From Deltaproteobacteria bacterium (lineage in GTDB: Bacteria > Myxococcota_A > UBA9160 > SMWR01), in NCBI GenBank assembly GCA_032128115.1, contig JAQBHB010000098.1, positions 70,642 to 134,641 on the forward strand: a stretch of 64,000 nt of DNA, read 5' to 3'. The notes beneath the pieces are model-generated. The model saw only the letters and a list, made by a program, of their open reading frames with translations. It searched no databases and had not been told where the DNA came from. A program made the translations under genes and the position numbers. The stretch's first letter is position 1. Each line of letters begins with the position of its first letter. Of the stretch, positions 56,187 to 64,000 are shown in pieces.

Positions 56187-56570
56187 TCAGCGCTGGCGCC
56201 GCAGCAGTACATAGGTGGCGCCGCCGCGCTCGCGGAGTCCGCTGGCGAACGCCATCACGTGCGACGCGTGCGTCTCCTCGGAGAGCCAGCCGAGCAGCCC
56301 GGAGCGAAGCACCCCGTCTCCGCCGGGGGAGTGGGCGCCGCGGCCGTGAATCAGGCACAGGCAGCGGTCGCCGCACGCGAGCGCGTCGGCGATGGCTTCC
56401 CGTACCGCACGGCCGGCCTCGGCGTGGGTGAGACCGTGGAGGTCCACCTCGTCGTCGACCTCCACCTCGCCCCGACGCAGCCGCCGAAGGTGGGTCCGGT
56501 CGATACCGGGGGCGATGCCCTCCAGGCGCTCGGGCTCGTTTCGCAGGATCTCGAAGGGCGCGCGGGCCAT
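56187..56570 (-). CDS. Stand-alone Smr domain protein
   Basis: LRRLRRG, VDLHGLT, IHGRG, GATYVLLRR. Confidence 0.85.
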   Translation of the reverse strand: MARAPFEILRNEPERLEGIAPGIDRTHLRRLRRGEVEVDDEVDLHGLTHAEAGRAVREAIADALACGDRCLCLIHGRGAHSPGGDGVLRSGLLGWLSEETHASHVMAFASGLRERGGATYVLLRRQR

Positions 56571-56630
56571 GGGATTGCAGAGCCTATCAGGCCGCTTGGG
56601 CTTCGAGTTGCGGTACCCTCAAATTGCACC

Positions 56631-57353
56631 ATGTCGCAGCGCCAGCGTCGACGCGCGAAAGGGCGGCGAAGCCGGACGCCGGTTCGCTACGAGCTGAACC
56701 TGGCGTCGTCCGCGCTGGTGCGCGCACTGTCGATCGCCGCGGTCATTCTGCTCGCCGCGCACGCGGCCGTGGCCCTGATCCACTACCGGGTCGAGGCTCT
56801 TCCCCCCCTGCTGCGCCAGCTCTTCGACGTGGATCTGGAGAACAACCTTCCCACCTGGTTCAACGAGTTCCTGCTGCTGGTGGCATGTGCGCTGCTGTGG
56901 ATCCAATCCCAGAGTCGGCGAGCGGCCGGCGACCGCTGGGCGGGCTACTGGACGGTCCTGTGTGTGGGATTCCTGCTGATGGCCATCGACGAGGTGGCGG
57001 GAGTCCACGAGACGATCAACAGCGTCATCGTGATGACGTGGGCGATCCCCGCCGCCATCATGGCGGTCGGGATCGGCATCGCCTTCATCCCGTTCCTGTT
57101 GCAGCTGCCTGCGGACACGGCCCTGCGATTCATCGTGGCGGGGGCGGTGTATCTCACGGGGGCCGTGGGAATCGAGATCATCGGCAACGACATGGTGGCA
57201 GATCGCCTGAGAGACACCCTGGGCTACAAGATGGCGACGCTGGCGGAGGAGAGCCTGGAGATGCTGGGCCTGATCCTGTTCATCCACGCCCTGCTTGGGC
57301 TTCTGCTCAATCCGGGCGGCGACGAGGCGACCGCGACGCTCCGGGTGGACTAG
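56631..57353 (+). CDS. Membrane protein (about 6-7 TM) with ENNLPTW / IDE...HE / EE.LEM motifs
   Basis: Hydrophobic profile with conserved-looking acidic/His motifs; start uncertain. Confidence 0.7.
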   Translation: MSQRQRRRAKGRRSRTPVRYELNLASSALVRALSIAAVILLAAHAAVALIHYRVEALPPLLRQLFDVDLENNLPTWFNEFLLLVACALLWIQSQSRRAAGDRWAGYWTVLCVGFLLMAIDEVAGVHETINSVIVMTWAIPAAIMAVGIGIAFIPFLLQLPADTALRFIVAGAVYLTGAVGIEIIGNDMVADRLRDTLGYKMATLAEESLEMLGLILFIHALLGLLLNPGGDEATATLRVD

Positions 57354-57386
57354 ATTCCGGAGCGCCCGACGGGTCCGGGAGGCGCA

Positions 57387-57980
57387 ATGACCAGCCGAGA
57401 GGAGAAGGCGGCGCGGGGGCCGCGGGGCGACGAGGCGCGACACCTTCCGGCCGCCGACCTGGAGCGAGCGTTCGCCGCACTCTCGCCCGATCGCGATCGG
57501 GGTCGCGTGGAGAGGATTGTCTCGCGGGGCGAGGGAGGCAGGCGCGAGAGCCTGGACCGCGCCGTGCTGACCCGGGAAGAGGGCATACCCGGCGATTCCT
57601 GGCGCCACGATGCACCGGAGAAGGTCGATGCGCAGATCACCGTGATGCGCGCGGACGTGGCGCGGATGTTCGCCAACGGTCAGGACCTGGACCTGTTCGG
57701 CGACAATCTCCTGGTCGACCTGGATCTGTCGCGGGCGAATCTGCCGACCGGCACGCGTCTGCGCGTGGGCGAATGCACGCTGGAGGTGACGCCCGAGCCC
57801 CACAACGGGTGTCTCAAGTTCAAGCAGCGCGTGGGAGGCGACGCCCTGCGCATGACGGCGGATCCGCACTTTCGCGACCTGCGTTTGCGCGGGATCTACG
57901 TGAAGGTGATCGAGCCCGGCCCAGTCTGCGTGGGCGACGAGATCCGGGTCCTGTCCCGAGAAGAAGCTTGCGACTCGTGA
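57387..57980 (+). CDS. MOSC domain protein
   Basis: GDNLLVDLDL, GTRLRVG, PHNGCLKF, LRGIYVKVIEPG. Confidence 0.85.
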   Translation: MTSREEKAARGPRGDEARHLPAADLERAFAALSPDRDRGRVERIVSRGEGGRRESLDRAVLTREEGIPGDSWRHDAPEKVDAQITVMRADVARMFANGQDLDLFGDNLLVDLDLSRANLPTGTRLRVGECTLEVTPEPHNGCLKFKQRVGGDALRMTADPHFRDLRLRGIYVKVIEPGPVCVGDEIRVLSREEACDS

Positions 57981-58399
57981 AGCACGTGCTCGGACGCGAG
58001 ATGGGCCTCGCCCGCGCCGTCCTGGTCGTGTCTGCGCTGGCGTACGGCGGGGTCGGCGCGGGTTTCCTGGTGGCGCCCGCCACCCTGGGCTCGTGGGTGG
58101 GTGTGTCCCTGGCTGGGGCTACGGCCGACAACGACGTGCGTGCGGTGTACGGCGGTCTTGGCGTGGGAATCGCCGTCTGGTGCCTCGCGTCGGCGGCCCG
58201 GCCGTCGTGGATCCGCCCCGCGCTATCCCTGGTGGCGGTGACGCTGGCGTGCATGGCGGCAGCTCGCGTGGTGAGCTGGATGCGGGTGGGATTCCCGGAA
58301 GCGATCGGGTTCGCGCTCCACGCGGCCGAGGTGTTGGGTTTCCTCGCGTCGATGGTGGCCCTGCGACGGCTCGGGCGGGCTGCGGCTGGACCGCGATGA
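57977..58399 (+). CDS. DUF4345-like membrane protein (alternative start 58001)
   Basis: DVRAVYGG motif, 4 TM. Confidence 0.75.
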   Translation: MKHVLGREMGLARAVLVVSALAYGGVGAGFLVAPATLGSWVGVSLAGATADNDVRAVYGGLGVGIAVWCLASAARPSWIRPALSLVAVTLACMAAARVVSWMRVGFPEAIGFALHAAEVLGFLASMVALRRLGRAAAGPR

Positions 58400-58462
58400 C
58401 GTTTGCGCACGGCCTGCCGACCTTACGAAGTGTCTTGTCTGCATGTTAGAATTCCGACCATC

Positions 58463-58807
58463 ATGATGACGACCATTCTGCGATATGCGGCCATGGGCTT
58501 CGCCCTGCCGGCGGTATTTGTTGGCGTGCTGTGGCTGCTCAGGCTGCGCGGAGCGCTCAAAATGATCGTGGGTTTTGCGTTGTTGCTCTCGTGCCCGCCT
58601 CACCTGTTCCTGGGCGCACTCGGAGTCGGGCTTTCCACGCGCGCGCTGGTGGCGCTGGCGGTGGGCCTGAACGTCGTGCTGTACGCCGGGGTGGGGGCCT
58701 GGATGTGGAGTTCTCGCGATCGCTCGAACGGGATCCGCTACGGCGTCGTGCTGGTTCCGTGGCTGGTGCTCGAGATGGCCGTATATCTGCTGGTCGTACG
58801 CGCCTGA
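58463..58807 (+). CDS. Small hydrophobic membrane protein
   Basis: 4 hydrophobic segments; TAGAAT 10 nt upstream; abuts the next gene. Confidence 0.55.
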   Translation: MMTTILRYAAMGFALPAVFVGVLWLLRLRGALKMIVGFALLLSCPPHLFLGALGVGLSTRALVALAVGLNVVLYAGVGAWMWSSRDRSNGIRYGVVLVPWLVLEMAVYLLVVRA

Positions 58808-58809
58808 GC

Positions 58810-59427
58810 ATGTCGGCCCGGCTGTCGGTCTACTTCGACTACATCTCGCCGTTCGCCTACCTGGCAACGGAACTCCTTCCCGGCCTGGCCGCGCGGCACC
58901 ACGCGGTTCTCGACTGGAAGCCGATCGAGATGCTGTCGCTCAGCAGCTTCAGCAAGGGGCTGCCGTACTCGCCGGCCAAGCGGGCCTACGTGGCGGTCGA
59001 CGCCCTGCGCTCGGCCGGGTTTCACGGGGTGCCGATCCAGGCGCCGAAGCCCTTTCCGGTGCGGTCGGAGGCGGCGCTGCACCTGGCCCTGGTAGCCCAG
59101 GCTCGCGATCGCTTCGCGCCGCTTCATCGCGCCCTGTTCCACGCGGCCTGGCGCCACCAGCGCGACCTGGCCGACGAACTTGTGCTTGCCGCCTGCGTGA
59201 ACGACGCCGCGGGGGACCCTGGCGAGTGGCTGGAAGAGGCGGGGCGGCCCGAGACCCGAGAGCGCCTGCGCGTGCTCACAGCCGAGGCGGAGGCTGCCGG
59301 CGTCTTCGGCGTGCCCAGCGTGATACTCGAGGGCGAGATCTTCTGGGGCCTGGACAGCCTGCCCGCCCTGGAGTGGCGACTCCGCCGCGGCCCGAGACCG
59401 TCCGCGGGGTCCGGAGACTCCTCTTGA
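58810..59427 (+). CDS. 2-hydroxychromene-2-carboxylate isomerase / DsbA-like (GST kappa)
   Basis: YFDYISPFAYL, GVFGVPS, FWGLD. Confidence 0.9.
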   Translation: MSARLSVYFDYISPFAYLATELLPGLAARHHAVLDWKPIEMLSLSSFSKGLPYSPAKRAYVAVDALRSAGFHGVPIQAPKPFPVRSEAALHLALVAQARDRFAPLHRALFHAAWRHQRDLADELVLAACVNDAAGDPGEWLEEAGRPETRERLRVLTAEAEAAGVFGVPSVILEGEIFWGLDSLPALEWRLRRGPRPSAGSGDSS

Positions 59428-60056
59428 AGCTCTACATGTTTCCCGTCGCTCCCAATCCCACCCGGGTGCGTCTGTTTCTCGCCGAGAAGATCGCCGGCGG
59501 CGCGTCGATCGAGCTGGAAGAGGTGACGGTGAATCTGCGCGAGGGCGAGCAGAAGCGGCCGGAGCACCTGGCTCGCAACGCGTTTGGAAAGCTTCCCGTG
59601 CTCGAGCTCGATGACGGAACGCTGCTGCTGGAATCGCTTCCCATCATCGAGTATCTCGAGGAGATCCATCCGGAACCGTGCCTGGTGGGTCGCAATGCCG
59701 CCGAGCGGGCGCGGGTGCGGTCGCTGGAGCGGGTGGCCGAGCAGGGCGTGCTGCGCCCGGTGGCCTGCATCGTTCACGCCACGAACTCGCCACTGGGATT
59801 GCCACCGGACCCGGCCGTGGCCGACTACTTCCGGCGACAGATGCCCGCGTCGCTGCAATATCTCGACGATCGGCTCGGCGATGGCAGGCGGTTCGTGGCG
59901 GGAGACACCCCCACCATCGCGGACTGCACGCTGCAGGCGGGCATGCAATTTGCGCGCTTCGGAAAGGTGGAGATCGATCCGCAATACCAGAATCTGGCAC
60001 GCTGGGACCGCGAGTTCCGCGACCGCGCCAGCGCCCGGAGTGTTCTGGTCCTCTGA
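59424..60056 (+). CDS. Glutathione S-transferase
   Basis: TTGA overlap; APNPTRVRLFLAEK, GKLPVLELDDG, ESLPIIEYLEE, PTIADC. Confidence 0.92.
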   Translation: MKLYMFPVAPNPTRVRLFLAEKIAGGASIELEEVTVNLREGEQKRPEHLARNAFGKLPVLELDDGTLLLESLPIIEYLEEIHPEPCLVGRNAAERARVRSLERVAEQGVLRPVACIVHATNSPLGLPPDPAVADYFRRQMPASLQYLDDRLGDGRRFVAGDTPTIADCTLQAGMQFARFGKVEIDPQYQNLARWDREFRDRASARSVLVL

Positions 60057-60075
60057 GCCGTTCGGGGCTCAGAGG
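60050..60075. terminator. Hairpin between convergent genes, containing both stop codons
   Basis: CCTCTGAGCC-GTTCGG-GGCTCAGAGG, perfect 10-bp stem. Confidence 0.6.
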
Positions 60076-60677
60076 CTCCCAGGCATCGCCGGCAGCTCCG
60101 GCTCCAACGGAACGCCCGTGGCCTTGGCCACCATCGAGAGCATGGTGTAGTTGCCCACCACGAACGGGATCTCCACCAGCTGGGCCTCGTTCCAGCGCGC
60201 GCGCAGCCGCTTCCAGGTCGCGTCGCTCAGGTCCTGGCTGGCGTGGAGCTCGTCGGCGGCGGTCAGCAGGGCCCGGTCCTCCTCGGACCACTCCGGCGCG
60301 TCGGGGCCCCGGACCACCCGCTCGATCTCCTCATCGTCGAGACCGGCGGCGCGTGCGTAGATCACGTGGTGGCCCCACTCGAACGCGGAGCGGCAGTTCC
60401 AGGCGGCGCGCAGCGCCAGCAGCTCCGAGGCACGCCGGGGTAGCACGCCCCGCGCCGCCAGGGTTGCGGCGAAGCCCAGGAAGGGCTCCAGCAGGCTCGG
60501 ATGATGGGCGATCGTGCACAGGATGTTGAGCGGTCCGACGCCAGCACGGGGTTCGCGATCCTCGAGGCCCGCCACCGGATCGAGAGTGCCACCAAGCAGA
60601 TTTCGGGTCTTCTCGTTCCATTGTCCGGGCGCCAGGGGCTCGAGGCGCGTCGTCGCAGTCGTCGTCGGCTCGGCCAC
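60069..60677 (-). CDS. Carboxymuconolactone decarboxylase/AhpD family protein
   Basis: GGAGGAG RBS; NILCTIAHHP, ELLALRAAWNCRSAFEWGHH, AADELH, VGNY. Confidence 0.88.
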   Translation of the reverse strand: MAEPTTTATTRLEPLAPGQWNEKTRNLLGGTLDPVAGLEDREPRAGVGPLNILCTIAHHPSLLEPFLGFAATLAARGVLPRRASELLALRAAWNCRSAFEWGHHVIYARAAGLDDEEIERVVRGPDAPEWSEEDRALLTAADELHASQDLSDATWKRLRARWNEAQLVEIPFVVGNYTMLSMVAKATGVPLEPELPAMPGSL

Positions 60678-60712
60678 CGGTTCTCCTCCCCCGCGGTCAC
60701 ATTTCTGGGGCT

Positions 60713-61201
60713 TCAGGACTCGGGTACGTCGCGATCCAGTACGGTCATGCGACCCTCGCGGCGCGCGTTCTCGATGGCCTCGTCGCAGACCCGCCGCACG
60801 ATGTCCGACAGGGGTGCGAGCACGCGCTCCGACGTCTTGTATCCCGACCGCGTGCGTACGTACTCCTTGAGTCGGCTGGCGACGATCAGGATCTCGCGCG
60901 GTGCCTGGGATTTTCTTTCTGGCGCTGGAGCTCGTGTGGCGATGCGTCGTTGTCCGCCCGAGGACTCCGCTGGCTTCGACGGGCTGTCTTCCTGGTTCGT
61001 AGCGGGCGCGGTTCGCTCCAGCGCCCAGGATTCCCGGTGGTTGGCTCCGGGAACGTGCACCTCCCAACAACTGACGGTGCAGAAGGCGAGGCCCGTGCGT
61101 TTGCGGTTGCAGGTGGAGACATTGCAGATCCAGTAGGTCGCAGCCAGTGCGATCGGCTTCTTGCAGGCGCTGCATCGGCGCCATTGGCCTTCTTCCGCCA
61201 C
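60713..61201 (-). CDS. Bacterial histone: N-terminal ZZ-like zinc finger + linker + C-terminal histone fold (162 aa)
   Basis: GGAGG RBS then GTG; CSAC...C.{4}C...CTVSC...H...H; EILIVASRLKEYVRTRSGYKTSERVLAPLSDIVRRVCDEAIENARREGRMTVLDRDV with the RxTxxxxD signature. Confidence 0.85.
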   Translation of the reverse strand: MAEEGQWRRCSACKKPIALAATYWICNVSTCNRKRTGLAFCTVSCWEVHVPGANHRESWALERTAPATNQEDSPSKPAESSGGQRRIATRAPAPERKSQAPREILIVASRLKEYVRTRSGYKTSERVLAPLSDIVRRVCDEAIENARREGRMTVLDRDVPES

Positions 61202-61266
61202 GTGGTTTCCTCCCCGGATCGGGAGAATAGCGGGGAGCCCATGCGAGCGCGGGGGCAGAGCGACGG

Positions 61267-62121
61267 CTAGAGCTCGCCGCTCTGGAGCAGGTCGACCGGG
61301 TCGCGCAGGTCGAGGGCGCCCAGGTAGCCGCCGCCACGGGCCAGCGCGTCGTGGGAGGCGTAGCCCAGCATCTCCTGAGCCGGCCTCGGCAGGTTGCGCG
61401 CAATCTCGGGAGGCGTCGCCAGGTAGTGATTCTCTTCCGTTCGCAGCCAGCCGAGCACGAAGCTCAGGTGCATGCCGCGCCTCCATTGGTCGCCGCTGGT
61501 GTTGGCGCCGCCGCGGTGGATCGTGGATCCCAGGTAGAGCACCGCCGACCCCGCGGGCATCTCCGCACTTGCCAGCTCGTGTTCTTCGGCGACGCGCTCC
61601 AGCGGCCAACGGTGGCTGCCGGGCGCCACCTGGGTGGCGCCATTCTCGCGGGTGAAGTCCACCAGTGCGATCACCGAGGCCACCTGCAGCTCCGGGTGCG
61701 GACGCGGAAGATCCACCCACACGAGTTCGTCGCGGTGCAGGAACTGGGCCTCGGCGCCGGGGCCGCGGTCGAGCACGTGGGCCAGGTTGAGCTGGTAGCG
61801 CGCACACGAGGGCGAAAGGATCGCGTCGCACACGCCCAGCAGGGTGGGGTGGCACAACACATGGTCGACGAAGACCCGCGACCTGGACGCCACCGCAGTG
61901 ACGTGACGCGTTCGTTTGCCGAAGAACCACTCGAGTCCCGGGTTGAGGAAGTCGCGCTCCAGGGAGGCGCCTTCCACGTGCGGATCCAGCTCCCGGTTCA
62001 AGGACGCCACGATCCCGGCGTCGAGCAGATCTTCCACCACCGCGGCTCCGGATTCGCGAAGTGCATCGACCAGCTGGTCTACGGGATCCGTCGACTTCAG
62101 GCGGGGCAGGGTAGGTGTCAC
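61267..62121 (-). CDS. Phytanoyl-CoA dioxygenase (PhyH) family 2OG-Fe(II) oxygenase
   Basis: GGAGG RBS; QFLHRD (HxD), DFTRENGAT..PGSH, HRGGAN, WLRTEEN. Confidence 0.9.
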   Translation of the reverse strand: MTPTLPRLKSTDPVDQLVDALRESGAAVVEDLLDAGIVASLNRELDPHVEGASLERDFLNPGLEWFFGKRTRHVTAVASRSRVFVDHVLCHPTLLGVCDAILSPSCARYQLNLAHVLDRGPGAEAQFLHRDELVWVDLPRPHPELQVASVIALVDFTRENGATQVAPGSHRWPLERVAEEHELASAEMPAGSAVLYLGSTIHRGGANTSGDQWRRGMHLSFVLGWLRTEENHYLATPPEIARNLPRPAQEMLGYASHDALARGGGYLGALDLRDPVDLLQSGEL

Positions 62122-62244
62122 GACAGCCTCCAGGTGGGAATTCACCCGGCCATTCTGACAGCGTGAAGAGCCCCTGGCGAGCCGCTGCGCGATCCGGGCG
62201 CCGTGGTAGCCTGAGGTCCCGGATTTCCGGTCCAGGGGAGTTTC

Positions 62245-62658
62245 ATGAAGCATGTTGCGCGCATCGTGGGGGCGCTGCTGGCGCTGGCCGTCCTCTTCGT
62301 GGCGTCGATCTTCGCCGCTTCGGAAATGGGCCGCGAAGTCGTCAGCGTGACCACGTGGGAAGCCGACGGCACCCCCGTCGAAACCCGCCTATGGGTGGTG
62401 GAGGATGAGGGGTATTCCTGGCTTCGCGCGGGTGTTCCCACTTCGAGCTGGTTGCTGCGAATCGAGGACAACCCGAAGGTGCATGTGGGCCGGGGCGACG
62501 CCGTACTGGATCTGCGCGCCGTTCCCGTTCGCGACCCCGAGCGTCGCGATCGCATCCACGCCCTGATGCGCGAGAAATACGGCTGGACCGATGCCTGGAT
62601 TTCGCTCATCCGCGACGGCAGCCAGTCGGTGGCGGTTCGACTCGAGGAACCCCGCTGA
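62245..62658 (+). CDS. Split-barrel flavin/F420-binding-like protein (DUF385/DUF2255-like) with N-terminal TM
   Basis: TRLWVV, WLLRIEDNPKV, MREKYG. Confidence 0.6.
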   Translation: MKHVARIVGALLALAVLFVASIFAASEMGREVVSVTTWEADGTPVETRLWVVEDEGYSWLRAGVPTSSWLLRIEDNPKVHVGRGDAVLDLRAVPVRDPERRDRIHALMREKYGWTDAWISLIRDGSQSVAVRLEEPR

Positions 62659-63371
62659 CGCCCCTGGAGATCGCGCTGGCCGGCCTGGTGTTGGCGGTCG
62701 GTGCGGCGGTGCAGGGCTCTGTGGGGTTCGGCGTGGCCCTGATCGCGGCGCCGTTGCTCCTGATCATCGACCGCGATCTGGTGCCTGGTCCCATGTTGGC
62801 GGCGTCCCTGGTCCTGACGCTGCTGGTGGCGTGGCGCGACCGCGGCTCCATGGACACCCGCGGAATCGGCTGGGCATTGATGGGTCGGGTGCTGGGTACC
62901 GTACCCGCCGTGCTGGCTCTAACCGCCGTTTCGGCGCGCAGCTTCGACCTCTTCTTCGCGACCCTGGTGATGCTGGCGGTGGTGCTGAGCCTGGCGCACC
63001 CGGACCTGCGGCCCACCCGCGGCTCGATATTCACTGCGGGCGCCGTGTCGGGCTTCATGGGGACGGTCTCCTCCATCGGAGGGCCGCCGGTCGCCCTGGT
63101 CTACCAGCACGAGGCCGGGGCGCGGCTGCGGGGCACCTTGTCGGGGTACTTCGCGATCGGATGCATCATGTCCATCACCGCGCTGGCTGCGGCGGGGCTG
63201 TTCGGGATGCGGGACCTGGTGCTCTCGGCCCTGCTCGTGCCCGGAATCCTGGTGGGATTCGCCATTTCTCGCTGGACCCTGCATTGGGTGGACCGCGGAG
63301 CCACACGCCCGCTGGTGTTGATCCTGTCGTTCGTCTCGGCCGCCTTCGTGCTGGTTCGCGCACTGCTGTAG
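62655..63371 (+). CDS. Sulfite exporter TauE/SafE family; probable CTG start at 62655
   Basis: QGSVGFG, GAVSGFMGTVSSIGGPP, LRGTL; CTGA overlaps the upstream stop, GAGGA 6 nt upstream. Confidence 0.85.
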   Translation: MTPLEIALAGLVLAVGAAVQGSVGFGVALIAAPLLLIIDRDLVPGPMLAASLVLTLLVAWRDRGSMDTRGIGWALMGRVLGTVPAVLALTAVSARSFDLFFATLVMLAVVLSLAHPDLRPTRGSIFTAGAVSGFMGTVSSIGGPPVALVYQHEAGARLRGTLSGYFAIGCIMSITALAAAGLFGMRDLVLSALLVPGILVGFAISRWTLHWVDRGATRPLVLILSFVSAAFVLVRALL

Positions 63372-63437
63372 CCCGTCGCCCCTGAACCCTCCCCAGCCGT
63401 GATAGCATCCCATGGGTGCGCCCCATTGGAGGCCCCC

Positions 63438-64000
63438 ATGTCCGACGATATCTCCAGGATTGCCAAGGAGCTGCGGGGCCTGCGCGAGCGCAGCGATCCC
63501 ATCACCGAAGCCAGCCGCGAGGTGCTTCCCTACACGCGACGCGTCAAGGACGCCCTGGGCGCCCTGCGCTCGCTGATGATCGATGACACGCCCACGAATC
63601 AGCTGGAGAGCGACCTGCGCGTGGTGCACGGGATCGTGGCGGCCCTGGTGGGCGGCGACTCCGCCACTGCCGTCATCGAGCGCCTGCCTTCCGTGCGCCG
63701 TGCTGTGGCCCGGGACGTGGAGGCGGCCTACGAGAAGGATCCATCGGCCAACAGCTACGGCGAAGTGATCGTGGCGTATCCCTCGATCCTGGCAGTGACC
63801 ACCTACCGGATCGCACACGTCTTCTACCAGGTGGATCACAAGGTGGTGGCGCGCATCATGAGCGAGGAGGCCCACGGTCTGACCGGGATCGACATCCACC
63901 CGGGTGCCCAGATCGGGAGCCACTTCTTCATCGACCACGGCACCGGCGTCGTGATCGGTGAGACCTGTGTGATCGGCGACCGCGTGAAGCTCTACCACGG
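63438..64000 (+). CDS. cysE: Serine O-acetyltransferase (partial, runs off the window)
   Basis: Not in ORF track; manual translation DVEAAYEKDPSA...YP...YRIAH...TGIDIHPGAQIGSHFFIDHGTGVVIGET; GGAGG RBS. Confidence 0.92.
   Translation, partial: MSDDISRIAKELRGLRERSDPITEASREVLPYTRRVKDALGALRSLMIDDTPTNQLESDLRVVHGIVAALVGGDSATAVIERLPSVRRAVARDVEAAYEKDPSANSYGEVIVAYPSILAVTTYRIAHVFYQVDHKVVARIMSEEAHGLTGIDIHPGAQIGSHFFIDHGTGVVIGETCVIGDRVKLYH

Noticed and set aside
50504..60056. Integron cassette array (small GNAT, methyltransferase, VOC genes)
   Set aside because: No attC-like RYYYAAC...GTTRRRY palindromes between genes, several genes overlap, mixed orientation, no intI
98..63998. Many long overlapping ORFs in the track (e.g. 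145..855, 3217..5817, 23070..25058, 33790..35778, 46395..48332, 62919..63998)
   Set aside because: Antisense or off-frame shadows of real genes in high-GC DNA; Arg/Pro/Gly-rich or without motifs

Overview
GC-rich bacterial chromosomal segment, probably Myxococcota/deltaproteobacterial (inferred from gene content only). About 60 genes; no rRNA, tRNA, CRISPR array, integrase or transposase was recognised. The left half is mostly surface-glycan genes: WcaJ-type phosphoglycosyl transferase, GT2/GT4, GT-C-like membrane proteins and sulfatases. It also holds a more AT-rich wzm-wzt-methyltransferase-multidomain GT island sitting between 204-bp direct repeats of the thiO 3' end. The middle has a DEAD-box helicase followed by an unusual L7Ae-like/NagB fusion, MMPL plus two P450s, a second repeat-flanked insert (diiron protein plus PQQ dehydrogenase) and Lhr helicase. 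The right part is a run of small detoxification genes and gene remnants, a zinc-finger/histone-fold protein (bacterial histone) between a PhyH dioxygenase and a CMD/AhpD gene, and a partial cysE. Most notable: the Zn-finger histone, the helicase plus L7Ae-like-NagB operon, and repeated duplication of gene ends (four tandem duplications spanning stop codons, two long duplications flanking integrase-less inserts). All calls come from reading motifs by eye; no searches were run.
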